Assembly: GCA_003427395.1 (NCBI GenBank)
Contig: BFEA01000036.1
Span: 4,813,583 to 4,877,582 of the forward strand
Length of the DNA: 64,000 bases
Direction: 5' to 3'
Source of the DNA: Chara braunii
Taxonomy: Eukaryota > Plantae > Charophyceae
Program-made: the position numbers and the translations under genes
Part shown: positions 51,721-64,000 of the stretch, piece after piece
Position numbering within the stretch: position 1 is the stretch's first letter
Layout: the number at the start of each line of letters is the position of its first letter
The notes under the pieces: model-generated
Seen by the model: only the letters and a program-made list of their open reading frames with translations
Database searches by the model: none
What the model was told of the DNA's origin: nothing

Positions 51721-54094
51721 GATGCCTGAACTGCATTTGTTTTTTGCTTCTTTAATGAAAGGACTCCAAAGGTGCATATGCGGCTATGCCAGAAACTTTC
51801 GTATAACGCAATATATTTTGGAGTGATCGTTATCCTGACTGGGTTTTCTTAACTTTCCTCTAAGTTTGTAAGCGGTATCTAGTGTTGTGGAATGAATTGT
51901 CATATTAAATTTGCGCGGTTTCAGCAGAGCAAAGAATTAATTTCTCGACTACAAGCGACTTTTGGGATCACTTGTTGACCTGCTTTTGTATGTGATAAAA
52001 ATGAGGCTCCGTGGACAAGCTTTCGTCTCACTAATCACCTTNTCCTAACAGAAGCCTTGATTTGGTATGTTTTCCATCACTAGGTGCGGCATACAACGTG
52101 TAAAAGTAGCACCAGCGGAGTGAAAATGAGTGAAAAAATTTTGGTTTTCTNCGGTCTATAAAGATTGTTTGGTTTTCACGAATACTCTATTAAGGTTAGA
52201 AAGGGTTGTAGGCGTCTTACCTTTACTTTGGTCAAAACCCTTTGACTCAGTAGGAGTAGATGCTACTCCTACTGGCGGTTTGCTTTTGGGTTTCGGAGAA
52301 GTGGGCACCAAGCTATCACATGTCCCACGGTGTCACACGTGAGGCACTGACGATTGTTCATCTTGGACTATCATTCCTCACATGTCATGTTCATTTTCTC
52401 TCATGACTTTCCGAATGCTATGTCGGGATGCTCAAGAAACGAGCGTGACCTCGTCTTCTTCTTCCACTGACTTTTGCCCTCCCTTGTTGGCCATGACAGC
52501 TGTGACATCACCCTTCTCGAACTCACTGCTGCGTGTACCACCTCCTCCCTCAAATTCTTCGAGTGGTAATTTTTTTACGGTATCATCATCGAAGGCAACG
52601 AGCATATGGTCATGGCGCTTATGTCGCCAAAGAACCTGCTTTCCGTATCCATCTACCAGTGTATTTTTATTTTTATTTTTTGATGTTTAAATATATTTAA
52701 AAAAAAACTAAAACATAAACACACAATGAAAAAAAAAAAAAACAATATGAAATGAGTGTTTTTGTTTTGGGTTTCACACAAATTTTTTAAGGGCTAAAAC
52801 AAAAACAGAAAAAGAAATAAAGGGTTGTAGATCTTTCAAAGATGAATAACAATTTATTTTTTATTTTATTTTTTTAGAACCTCGTGTATTTAAAAAAAAT
52901 TAAAACCATAAAAAACAAATAGAAAAAAGGAAAAAAAAACACTCACACACACAAAATTGGACATGTAGCAGGTTGCATGAGTCTGGCGTCGGTTGGTTAA
53001 GAGAACCCAGGGCCTCGGCCGCCTGTGTGAATGTATGGAAAACAGACCCTGGGCTGGATACGGGTACTGGGCCAAAAACAGGCCAAAGGCAGTTGGGGGC
53101 ATGCAACCACCTGAGGCCCAAGGCCTCTTCTCGTTCGTGCTGGGCCTCAGGCTACAGGGGCCTACTCGAAGCTTCCTGGGATTGAACACAGGCAGGCCAC
53201 TTCGATATAGCAAAGGGCCTACCTCCACATTGGGCATTCGGGTGCTGGCTGCATGCTGTGTAAACGCTGCCCCGCTATAGCTCGCTAGCACTCACGCGCT
53301 TACGGGCGAGCAGGAAGGAGCAGGCAGCCATAACCGAGATGCGCTGTTGTAAGCAAGGTGTGGCGCAGGGTGGTCCTTGGGTGCAAGTGGCATCTGTGTG
53401 TTGGGGAACGAGGTTGTGAGTAAGGCGAGAGACATACCTCGTGCTGGAAGCGTGCGTCATTAATCGTTGTATGCTCGTACTTCGAGAAAGTTGTTGACGT
53501 CATCTTCGACATTGTAGTTTAGGCTAGATAGGATCTGCCATCTGTAGTCTGGGCGCCGAGCGCCAGATAGGATATTAACATTGGTTCTTCATTGATGATA
53601 ACGATGAGACTTTACCAACATTGTCAATTATGAGCTCTTGGTGTCTTCTTATTTGGTGAAACTCGTGATGCAATTTTGTTGTTGGTTCGAGGTCCCGATT
53701 ATCTGGTCTTATGTATATGTACTATATGATGTTGTTTGATTGCTGAAGTTCGCTATTGCTCATCTTCCTTGCACAATGGAAGAGGGAAAAAAAAACACAG
53801 ACCCAAATCGCCCGCCCAAACCCCTATCGCCCGCCCCCAGTTTTAAACGGGAAAAAACTATATCCCTCAAAAGCGAAACAATGGACACATGCCAACAATC
53901 ATGCACACACACACACACACACACACACTTACAAACACACACATACACAAACACACGCGCATACATTCATATTCATGCACAGACACACTCTCACTCGCAT
54001 GCACACGCATACACACATACGTGCACACACAGCACACCTACACACACATAACTGGGGCGTTGGGGGTTGGGGATGGGAGGTGCTTCAAGGGTTG

Positions 54095-54133
<39 letters not shown>

Positions 54134-56144
54134 CTAGAGCCACGTGTTCCGGACCACGTGCATTAATTCCGTTTGTTCGGAAAGCACAGGAGCGGCCCAT
54201 TTTCGCGTTTAACGCTATGTTACCTGTTGTCCGATGGTAGGACGTCCTGGGCGGACAGTCAGGGGGGTCCCGGACGTCCGGGCTTGGACAACTCCATTTT
54301 TAGCAATTAAATGCACCAAAAAAAGAAAAAAAAATAAGGGGTGCCTTTTATTTTATTTTCTATTTTGAAACTACGTTGCGATTTGTACTCACCCCCGTAA
54401 GAGTACAAGTTGTACTCATTTCTTGTACGCTACTCGTACTCAAGGCCCATACGATTTTTTTTATTTTTTTTTTTACTGTTTTTATTTTTTTTCTCTAATT
54501 CTAATAAGAATCTGCAGATGGTGTTCAGGCAAATGTTGCTTGTTTGGGGATGTTACATCACATATATGTTTTTCGGATTTTTTGGATGACTTTTTTTTTT
54601 TTTTTTTTTTTTTTTCGGGGAAACGTACAGAAAGGCCTCGTACGTGTACGTTCGGTAACGTAGTTTTGAAATTGACAGCGAATTTCGATATCATCCCAAG
54701 ATAAAAGTTGTTCAGTTTACGTCTCTGCATAATATAGTTTTTTTTTTCAGATTTTTTGGAGGACTTTTTTTTTTGCCGTTTGTGCTCAGACAGTCTGCGT
54801 AGGGAGGATGTCCGACCGGTTGCCCGAGCGGACAAACCCGGACGGTCAGGGGGGTCCCGGACGTCCGATGAGGTAACCTAGGTTTAATGCGAATTTAAGG
54901 GGATTTTTTTGAATTTAACGGGATTCAACGGGAGTTTAATTCCGCCGTTTAGCGTTAAAAAGATACACAACAAAGGACTAGTGCAACAAGGTCTCGTATT
55001 GGAAACCTGGTCAGTGCACTATGACGAGTTTTTTTAGCCTTGTGCCACCATTCACCAAATGTGGAAAATAGAGCATGTGTTTTCCGATATAACATGGAAA
55101 GATGGAAGGATACACCCACCAAAGTTTTTGTCTTTTTCACATTCGGTGCGTTGCACGGCGAGGCCATTTAGAGCATACTTACAGATGGACCAAATGACCT
55201 AAAATTGTAAAATTCGAGATAGATTTTAGGTCACATTTGGTCCTTCCATTACCTTTTTTTTTTTTTTCAATGGGAACAAGGCTCCAATTTATTCATGGGG
55301 AGCAACACGTGTTGGGAACCAGACCCAACGTCCCATATAGATATTTACATAAAATTAAAAGTATGAGATACCAGGGTCATTACCCGGCTTTGGCTAAAAA
55401 AAAAATGAAGTACTCAAAAAAATTAGTACGACGAAATTCAGAAATAGGCAAAATTAAAAAAACAACCCCCCATCAATCCTCTGTACCTCACTCCAGCAAG
55501 ACTTACTGCAAAAGAGTCCCCATCTCCACTGCTGTTGTACCCTATTAAGTCAATGGTTTACAGGGGGGCTATAGGAGATAGAAATTTGCGGTTTTTTCAT
55601 TTAATGTAAGGTGATTGAAGAAATTTGTGCATGAAGAAAATAATATTACGTGTTCTTTCAACATAAAAAAAAAAAAAAAACTCTGGTTTCTATACGACAA
55701 GGAAGAGATTGTGTTTATCATGGTGAATAGGCGATGCACGACATTGCTAAGTCAGGTACTACTCTGACATTAAATCTACGTCCGTTGCCGGACAAAAACA
55801 TACAATTTGTCCCCAAGACTAAAGTAGATGAAGTTAGGAATGATGAAAGAGACACCCAAGAGGCTCAAGGCACTCAGTCGATGAGCAAATTGCAGATGAA
55901 TAGGAGAGCGGTCCAAGCGTACTATGCAAACTTTTTTATCTGGCTCTCCCTCTCCACATGTAGAAATTTATTCTTGTAGACCTTGATCTGAGCTATCTGT
56001 TCGGTTTGTGTGTCATCTTTCTCATTCTCCTCCAACAACTTCTTGTAGACCCAAATCTGAGCTATCTGTTCTTGTAGACCCAGATCTGAGTTATCTGTCC
56101 GGTTTTAAATTTGTAGACTCTAACAATTCTTTGAGTCAAATTTT

Positions 56145-59100
56145 TATTTGCGCAAGTTACTTGCTCTGTTGGTCTACTGCTTAGTTTCTCCTTTCGCGGA
56201 ACAGTTCTATGTTGGTTGCATTAGTAGATCATTGAATCTTAGATGGTGTGAGTATGTTGTCCGCACTACACTCGCGCACAATCCTATTGTTGGGATGCGC
56301 AATTACAAGCTTTATGAATGTCTTCGGAGAACTTACGTCTATCACTATGTCACTCACTCTCTCGATCTTGTTCATTCTTCTCAATGTCGGCAGAATAAAC
56401 AATCATAGGATGGTTTTCTTCTTATCTCAACTCATGCCCAACTAGTCACAGAAAAAGTAAAAGAAAAAACAAAAAGGTCAGACAAGGAAACATAGAGAGA
56501 ATAAGTAAGGTAAGAAGATAACAGCAGTTAAGTACGCAAGCCCCTGGGAATGAGGTTGTTAGTGAAAAGCAAGGTATTCTCCAATAAGAGTAGAAGGTTA
56601 GCTAGTTTCGCTTCATCCTTTGGTCTCATCTCCGTCTTACTTCTGCATATTCTCAACGAGGGCGTGAAAAATGGTATTAGTTTATGTTCCATTGTTGCGA
56701 AAGAAGGCTGCTTATGATAGGACTCATGGAAGGTAATTATGCATTTTGGGGCATCGGTTGCACTAGTACGTATGGACGTGACCAATTGAAGTATTTTAGA
56801 GATGGTTTGAGATTGGTTACGTGGTTAACGCCGTATCTTGGGTCAAATTTTGCTCTCCTTCTTAAAACTTGAAACCGCTCATTTCTCGTTTGTTGAGTCA
56901 CCCTAACGAAAGAAGATCTTTATGCGTTTGGTATCCCTGTAATATGATACATGTCATTCTCTATGAATTTATTCAATGTTTTTCGAGGAAAGCTTCCAAG
57001 CAATCTCTTCGAGTGATTTTGTTCAATAATATCCGTCAGAAAGTTAAATTATGTCCGCGAAGGCGCCTTGTTTTCATATTGCGATTTTCAAATATGATCT
57101 ATTAATCCGTCATTTGATCATTATGTGACTGTTTGATACGAGGATCATCTCCCTGCTTCTTTGACAGACTTGCTTGCTAGGAGAATGAGAGTTGTTTGAA
57201 CGCCGAACTACAACTTAGCAAAGTTGTTACGTAACTTTCATTTTTATTCTCGCTTGCCTGGTATGGATGTACTTGGGGAGGTTTTTCACTGTCATGAGAA
57301 GACGATGCAATACTAGCACCAATGGATCACATCATCATATCTGTTTCATTGTCACCCTTGTCGTATTCATAGTTTCTTTATCCCACCCATCCCTTTGTTC
57401 CTCCTCCTCCTCGTCCTTCTCCTCTTTCTTCTTCTTCTTCTTCACCTTTATTCCAATCTCTCGTATCTGATCTCAATTTTTTCATTCCTCTTACTTTTCT
57501 TTCTTTTTTTGCTTATTCTTGTTTTTTTTTTCACTCTTCCTTGGTTCATTTTTTTTCGTCTCTCCTTTTGTTTCCCTCGACTTTATTCTTCTTTTATTCT
57601 CTTATCTTTGACATGTCTTGTCTACTCAATCTTCATTTTCTTTTTAATCCTTTCCTTTCCCCCTCACACTTTCCTTCGTTGGTTACCTCTGCATCCCCTA
57701 ATACCGTGTCTCACTCATTTTTTTTCTCGTGACAACCTTCTACGACGTATCCTCTGCTAACTTCGCTATGATTTCCCCTCTTCACCATCGACTTCCCCAT
57801 GGACTAAGGTCTCACCAATGCAAGTATTGTCGAACTTGTCGTCTCTTCTCCCTGTAGTCAACGACCATATTGTGTTTCGTGGGCAGGATTCTCACTTTAT
57901 TCCTAGTTGGCTCTGCTCCCTCAGCAATTATAGGAATGTCTCACCCCCGTCTCGAGCCTATGGTCTAGCATTTTTGCGATCTCGGATAAAACAAAAAAAC
58001 AGAATAACATATTTTATCCTACTCTGATACATTATTCAATGCCTCCATACCTTATTCTCTCTTGCTTTCCCGTTTGAAATTTCCTACTCCCAAGAAAGTC
58101 ATGTTCGACCCTTCTGCCGTTCACATACTATCTTTTCTACTAACTCCCTCATCATAGTGAACAACATGCGCACCTTACCTTTGACGCCTGAGAGTGCGAA
58201 GGTATGAAAATAGTTGGTCGAAGGATTGAGACTGATCCCGATTGACCATAATCTGGGTGATACTTTCTACTGTTCTCCAATAGTCTATAAGTCTGGTATG
58301 CACTCATACTTCTTAGATAACTCGGGGTTTAACAAAAAGTAAGGAAGAGATCTAAGACTTAAAGGACTTTCATTCGAAGTATCTGGAATTAAGATTCAAT
58401 TCTATTGGCTTTTAGAATTCCAACAGTTGGTTTCGAGAAAAATACATTATTCCTAAGCACAAGAACACATAGAAGTGGCGACCTATATGTCTCGCATCAT
58501 CTGATGACTCGTCAGCTAGATGCAAGAGAGTGACCTCTTACCTTAACATCCTCATCAAGACACTTCCCACCAAACTCCACTTCAATATATGCTCTAACTA
58601 CGGTCAATGGGTTCATTCTTCCAACTGAAGACTTGCTTTCTGCAAGCTATGATGTTAAAGAGATGTTTACCAGACTGTCCCACTCCTTGATCCGCGACGT
58701 AGTTGGATGGTTCACCTACTACTTCCAACTACAGCGATATGAGGGTGTTTGGGTAAGAACGAGGGGAAAGAGGACCAAGATTTTGGTTAGAACATATTGT
58801 TCAAAAAATGAGGAATTTGTTGGGTTTGATTTAAGTAACACATATTACACAGCAATGAAGCAACTACTTAAGCCGGAGGTTGGGAACTTGGGGTACCTTT
58901 GGGAATGTCCTCTAGCCCAACGATGACACTTATGCTATGCATGTTCAATGAATTAAATTTTCTATGTTCCTTGGGTAAGGAGTGTGTTTTTATTCATGGT
59001 GCTAGATTAGTTGATGACGTATTAACTTTTGTTAAATTCATGAGAGGTAGTGCAACTCATGTAGTGAACCAGGGGTGTCATTTCGATGTTTGCTTTCTAA

Positions 59101-60350
59101 AATTTCGATGAATTTTGCACCGAAATTTCTGGCGAAAATGACGAATATTTGGGCCCCCATTAAGCATGTCTCATCGCAACCAATATTTTTTAGGCAGTAC
59201 ACGATTTTTAAATTTTTGTCCAGTGAACAATAAAAATTGATGGTAATTAGTTTTTTTCCTCACTGTCCAAAGTTTTTTATAACAATGTCTGCAACACATG
59301 GTATGTCTGCTACACATTCCTAATCACCATTACGATGACACTCAAGCAACGAGGATACGCTAAGTACAATTTCGATAATGCATTGTCAGTGTTCTATGCA
59401 AAGTTCGTCGGTTGTTAGGATGAGATGGTAGGGTGTCTTACCAAATGGTACATGCTCTTTGAGGAAGTACCTTTGAATACTAAGGGGAAACTGAAACATA
59501 ATCGCACAAGAATCAAGGCAAGGGACTTCATTAAGTGACTGATTAACAACCATGGGTGGGTGTGTTGATTAGGTAGGCTGATTCTAAGAAGATCTGGCTT
59601 AGTCGTACTATTAGGCTATTGTGGTGCTGGGGCCTAGCGGTGTGGTTGGGTTATTCTTTTGGGAGTCTGCAGATGTGCAAAACTGAATTGGGTATATGTT
59701 TCGGGTAGAATTCTTGTCTGGCTCGGAAACTTTGTTGCCAATAGTCGGTTGTTAGTTTAAACAGGTCTCTCCAGCACGGTCTATAGTTTACGAGTGCATT
59801 TGGCAATGTTCCCTACATAGTTCAGAAGGTTAGGTGGGACAGCAAGAACACTATGTCACAACGAGGACTTAGCCTCCGCCGGATCTTCAGCGTACTATAA
59901 TAACCAAGTCGACGTGGTGTTTTCCCTCTTGAGTTAGCCAGTGGAAGCGCGTGCTTCGCCAGTGGTCCTGCTACATCCTTCAACCCGCGAGCATCTTCCG
60001 ATCCTGGTTCCTTTCGCTTCATCTGCACTCTGTCTTCCACGATTGTCAGTTCCTGCATTACTCTTCGGTCACTTCGACTACTACGTTTAGTCCTTCCACG
60101 ATTGTGCTTCTACAACATTATACATATCGTCTTTGAGTGGTGGGCAATGCGATCCCTTGCACTCGTTCCCGAGAGTTAAGTTACCCTTCCTTATGATTTA
60201 TCTCCATCAACTTCAGTTCGTGTTCCTGAGTGACTTATTTTTACCCTCTTGAGCGCAACGAGTTTCACTTTGGACCTTAGTGATTGCCCGTGAAGATGAA
60301 TGGTTATCGGCGCTGGTGGAAACATGTCAGGCGCAGCCAGTACATACTTC
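56145..60350 (+). mobile_element. Penelope-like element 3, degenerate (copy b)
   Basis: LVYCLVSPFAEQFYVGCIS...RWCEY; SYDVKEMF; GARLVDD. Confidence 0.8.
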
Positions 60351-60642
60351 TGTTTTGTTGTTTAGGATATCACATGATGTGCTCGTGTCATCGATGACCC
60401 TTCGTCTTTTGGGAAGAGATCGTTGAGCTTCATGTTATTTCGTAACGTTTAATCGTTTGGGCTTCATGAATTCAGCTGCGCTCATCTTGGTTTGAAGTGC
60501 TCTGATCAATCTCATATTCTCCTTCTCTTTCTCTTTCCTTGTAGTCTCCGCCTCATTATTTATCTTCTTCCCCCTCCTTCCTTCTTCTTCTCCTTTTTCT
60601 TATTTTCCTTTCTTCTTCTTTTCCTCTTCTCCATCCTCTTTG

Positions 60643-60980
60643 AACTGCCATTTCGTCAAAATGGACATTTTTTATTTTTTGAACGAAATTGAAACCGAGC
60701 TTTTCAACATTTTTAGCTGAAAACTCGCCTAAATTTTGCTGCTACAGGCCCTGGATGTATCTGGACCTAGCCTGAGACCAGACACATCCAGGCGGTCCCC
60801 CTTGGATGTATCTGGTCTCAAGCCTAGTCCTGATACTTCCATCAGGTCCGGCGTTTTGAAAACGCCGGACCCTCAGGAGCAGCAAAATTTAGACCAGTTT
60901 TCGGCCAAAAAATGTTGGAAAAACTCAGTTTCATTTTCGTTCAAAAAATTAAAAATGTCCATTTTGACGAAATGGTAGTT
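60643..60980. mobile_element. MITE family A (duplicate of 25053-25418)
   Basis: Same ends and the same tttg TSD. Confidence 0.9.
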
Positions 60981-62134
60981 TTTGATGGTCACACCCGTAA
61001 AGTGCCATTTTTGCGTGTGATCTCATACACTGATTGCTTATTCTTGACATTGCTTGCAATGGAGTGGCTTAACCGTCTTCTGTGGACTCTCGATGGTCTG
61101 ATATTTTGGCGTCGTGTTCTCCGCATTTTCGTCGAGGTTTCTGATGGTACGCCGACGGTTAGGTATGCCATCTCCAAGTGCAAACACGATGGCTGCAATA
61201 GGCGAGGTAGGTAGCATCGACTATAGATGNNNNNNNNNNNNNNNNNNNNNNNNNNNNNNNNNNNNNNNNNNNNNNNNNNNNNNNNNNNNNNNNNNNNNNN
61301 NNNNNNNNNNNNNNNNNNNNNNNNNNNNNNNNNNNNNNNTTTTTTTTTTTGCCCAGGTTGTTGTAGAGGCTGGATTACAGACATATGAGACTCACCTTCG
61401 GCACTTGACCATGCGGTAGAGACCCCCTGATCCTATAGGACTCCCTCCCAACCTACCTCTTTCGTAATTTCTCCCGGCGCACTCCTACTCCCACTATCCT
61501 ACCTCAGTGTCTTCGACTCAGGATCGCCCCCCTCCAGTCTTGGGAATTACCTGACCTAACCGTGGTTGTAGGTACCAGGGCTAAGCTGAGTCCCACACAC
61601 CCCACTCAGCCCTGATTGAAGCATATTTGCGCGAGCCTTATCGCCCAGCCTCCCAGGTACTTCAGGTGCTAGGTACAGACGTTTCACTACAAGTCCCATA
61701 GGTGGACCTATTTTGCGTTCCTATCGTTGTGTACACAGCTGTTGTTACTTTTGTTTGTTGTTAGGTTGTTCGCTGTGCACACTGTTGTCATTACGACAGG
61801 AGCGCCCAAATTCATCCAACTAGAAACGTTTCTACTCTATTTTTTTTCCGCGGCCAATAGCGGGGCCAAGTACTGGTGGTTTAAGTACTGCATTGCCTCC
61901 GACCCTTGTAAGCCCTTACCACTGTACCGAGTATTCCCAGTCTGCCTGTATGGCTTGTTTAATGCCATACTTAACCTCTGCTCCGACCATCGGTGGCATC
62001 AGTCGTTCTCCATGTCGAAGATCAAGTGTAGTATCTGTTCTGATCAGTGGTCCATCGGGCCACATGAAAAAAAGAAAAAGTGGAGCAATGACTGGATTCT
62101 GACGGGCCGCAGGGCAACAACTGCAGATGCAAAT

Positions 62135-62461
62135 GGGAGTGCTTTTTCAACTCAGATTGGCGGTTTTGGTGGATTGGGCTCGAAGAGTCAAAAATAAAAA
62201 ANCAGGCAAGAGGAAATATCAATGGTTTCTGAGAACCTGGGGCCAGAGAAACCAGCTGGCATCGATCAAAATGCAGGGACAATGCAGGGACCATGGCCCA
62301 ATATCAGTTGCCCCTGCATTTTGATCGATGCCAGCTGGTTTCTCTGGCCCCAGGTTCTCAGAAACCATTGATATTTCCTCTTGGCAATGCCTTCTTTTTT
62401 ATTTTTGACTCTTCGAGCCCAATCCACCAAAACAGGCAATCTCAGTTGAAAACGCACTCCC
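62135..62461. mobile_element. Fold-back MITE (duplicate of 29398-29736, centre inverted)
   Basis: gggagtg...cactccc long inverted arms. Confidence 0.75.
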
Positions 62462-63600
62462 AGTTTTTTTCTTTCCGTGCAAAGATGCACTCCACATGTT
62501 TTCTTTCCGTNCGTAGTATGGAGAATAAACTGTTTTTGAGGCCTGTACGAAGTGTTCATATTTCCTCTTGCCTGGAGGATTCTACACAGTGGTTTGCAGA
62601 CTTGTACGAAGCGTTCATACTTCCTATTGCCTGGCTGAATGAGAATAATCTGTTTTTGGCAGGAAGGGTTTTTTTTTTCTGTTACTCTTAGGGGAATTGT
62701 GAGGACCCGGCCTCAATTACTTAAAAAAAAAAAAAAGAAGGGGNGACGGCCTTGAGATATTATCATTGAGCTGACCGGCCCCAAGCAATTCATCAGTAGT
62801 TGGTTTGTACTCATTCCAAGCTCCATCGTCTCCATCATCTGGATTCGAGCTTGGGTCTGTATTTCAATAGTTAATGGCACTCGGGTTACTTATCACCGGC
62901 AAACATACGTGTTTTACAATTTGGTCAAGGAAGGAGAAGGCCTTACCCCCCTATCGAGGGGGGACTGCTGGGCNCGTCAGCCACCCCTCGCCTCATCCAT
63001 GAGAAATCAAGGGTATCCTTTCTCCAAAAAAAAAGGAAAAAAAAAAAAGAAAAGGATGCATATTTCCACCATCTGTGCGAAGATGCACTCCACATGTTTT
63101 TCTTTCCGTGCGTGGTATGGAGAGTCCAGTCCGTGACCGCACAATTACGGCCTCTCCACACCCCTTCCGGGAATGTGCAAAATGGAGCATCTACCGTCAG
63201 CAAAAATAATGGAATGGTACACCCAGCATAGACCATAGGTTTTGTCTTTTTCTGCAAAGATACTCCCACACCGACTGTTGAGATGCACACAGCAATTACG
63301 GCAAACTGTGGATGTATCTGACCTCAGTTATGCCCAAAGCTGAATAGTAGTATAACTACCNTCTTCCCCCGAAAACAACGCATCCTCATCACGACCAAAC
63401 ATTCATCATCAGGGTGCGTTGTGTTCGGGGAAGAAGGTACGATCTTTCTTTTTTTTTTTTTCCTTTTTCATTCAAAATTCTGGGCTCGATCTATCTAAAC
63501 AACAAAGCAGAAAAAAAAAAGAGAAAAAAAAAAAAAAGAAAGAAAGACGATCCGCAGTCTCCCTGCCAGCGGTTTTCCGACGTTCCGGAAGCGCATATAG

Positions 63601-64000
<400 letters not shown>

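Overview
Eukaryotic, transposon-saturated genomic DNA from a draft short-read assembly, most consistent with a streptophyte alga such as Chara (inferred from the plant-type GapC and the repeat families). The only host gene is an intronless cytosolic GAPDH (40696-41700). A second near-identical copy starts at 63769, because a block beginning at ~19.2 kb is duplicated from ~55.0 kb. The rest is nested mobile DNA: an L1/Tx1-like LINE remnant; a Sola-like DDD transposase pseudogene with related AAC...GTT MITEs (4-bp TSD); hAT-like MITEs; a chromovirus (Ty3/gypsy) remnant; a solo LTR; and four Penelope-like elements (PLEs) from three families. The PLEs are the most interesting system. They have an N-terminal GIY-YIG endonuclease before the RT, and two of them carry an extra ORF1 (CCHC knuckle in one, coiled coil, SAP-like end). 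Each family has a minimal hammerhead ribozyme motif near its 3' end. One copy starts exactly at the predicted self-cleavage site. Another is a 1.2-mer inserted into (GA)n with GA microhomology at both junctions. A Nextera mate-pair adapter at 17488-17525 marks a local assembly artefact. All alignments and identities were judged by eye.
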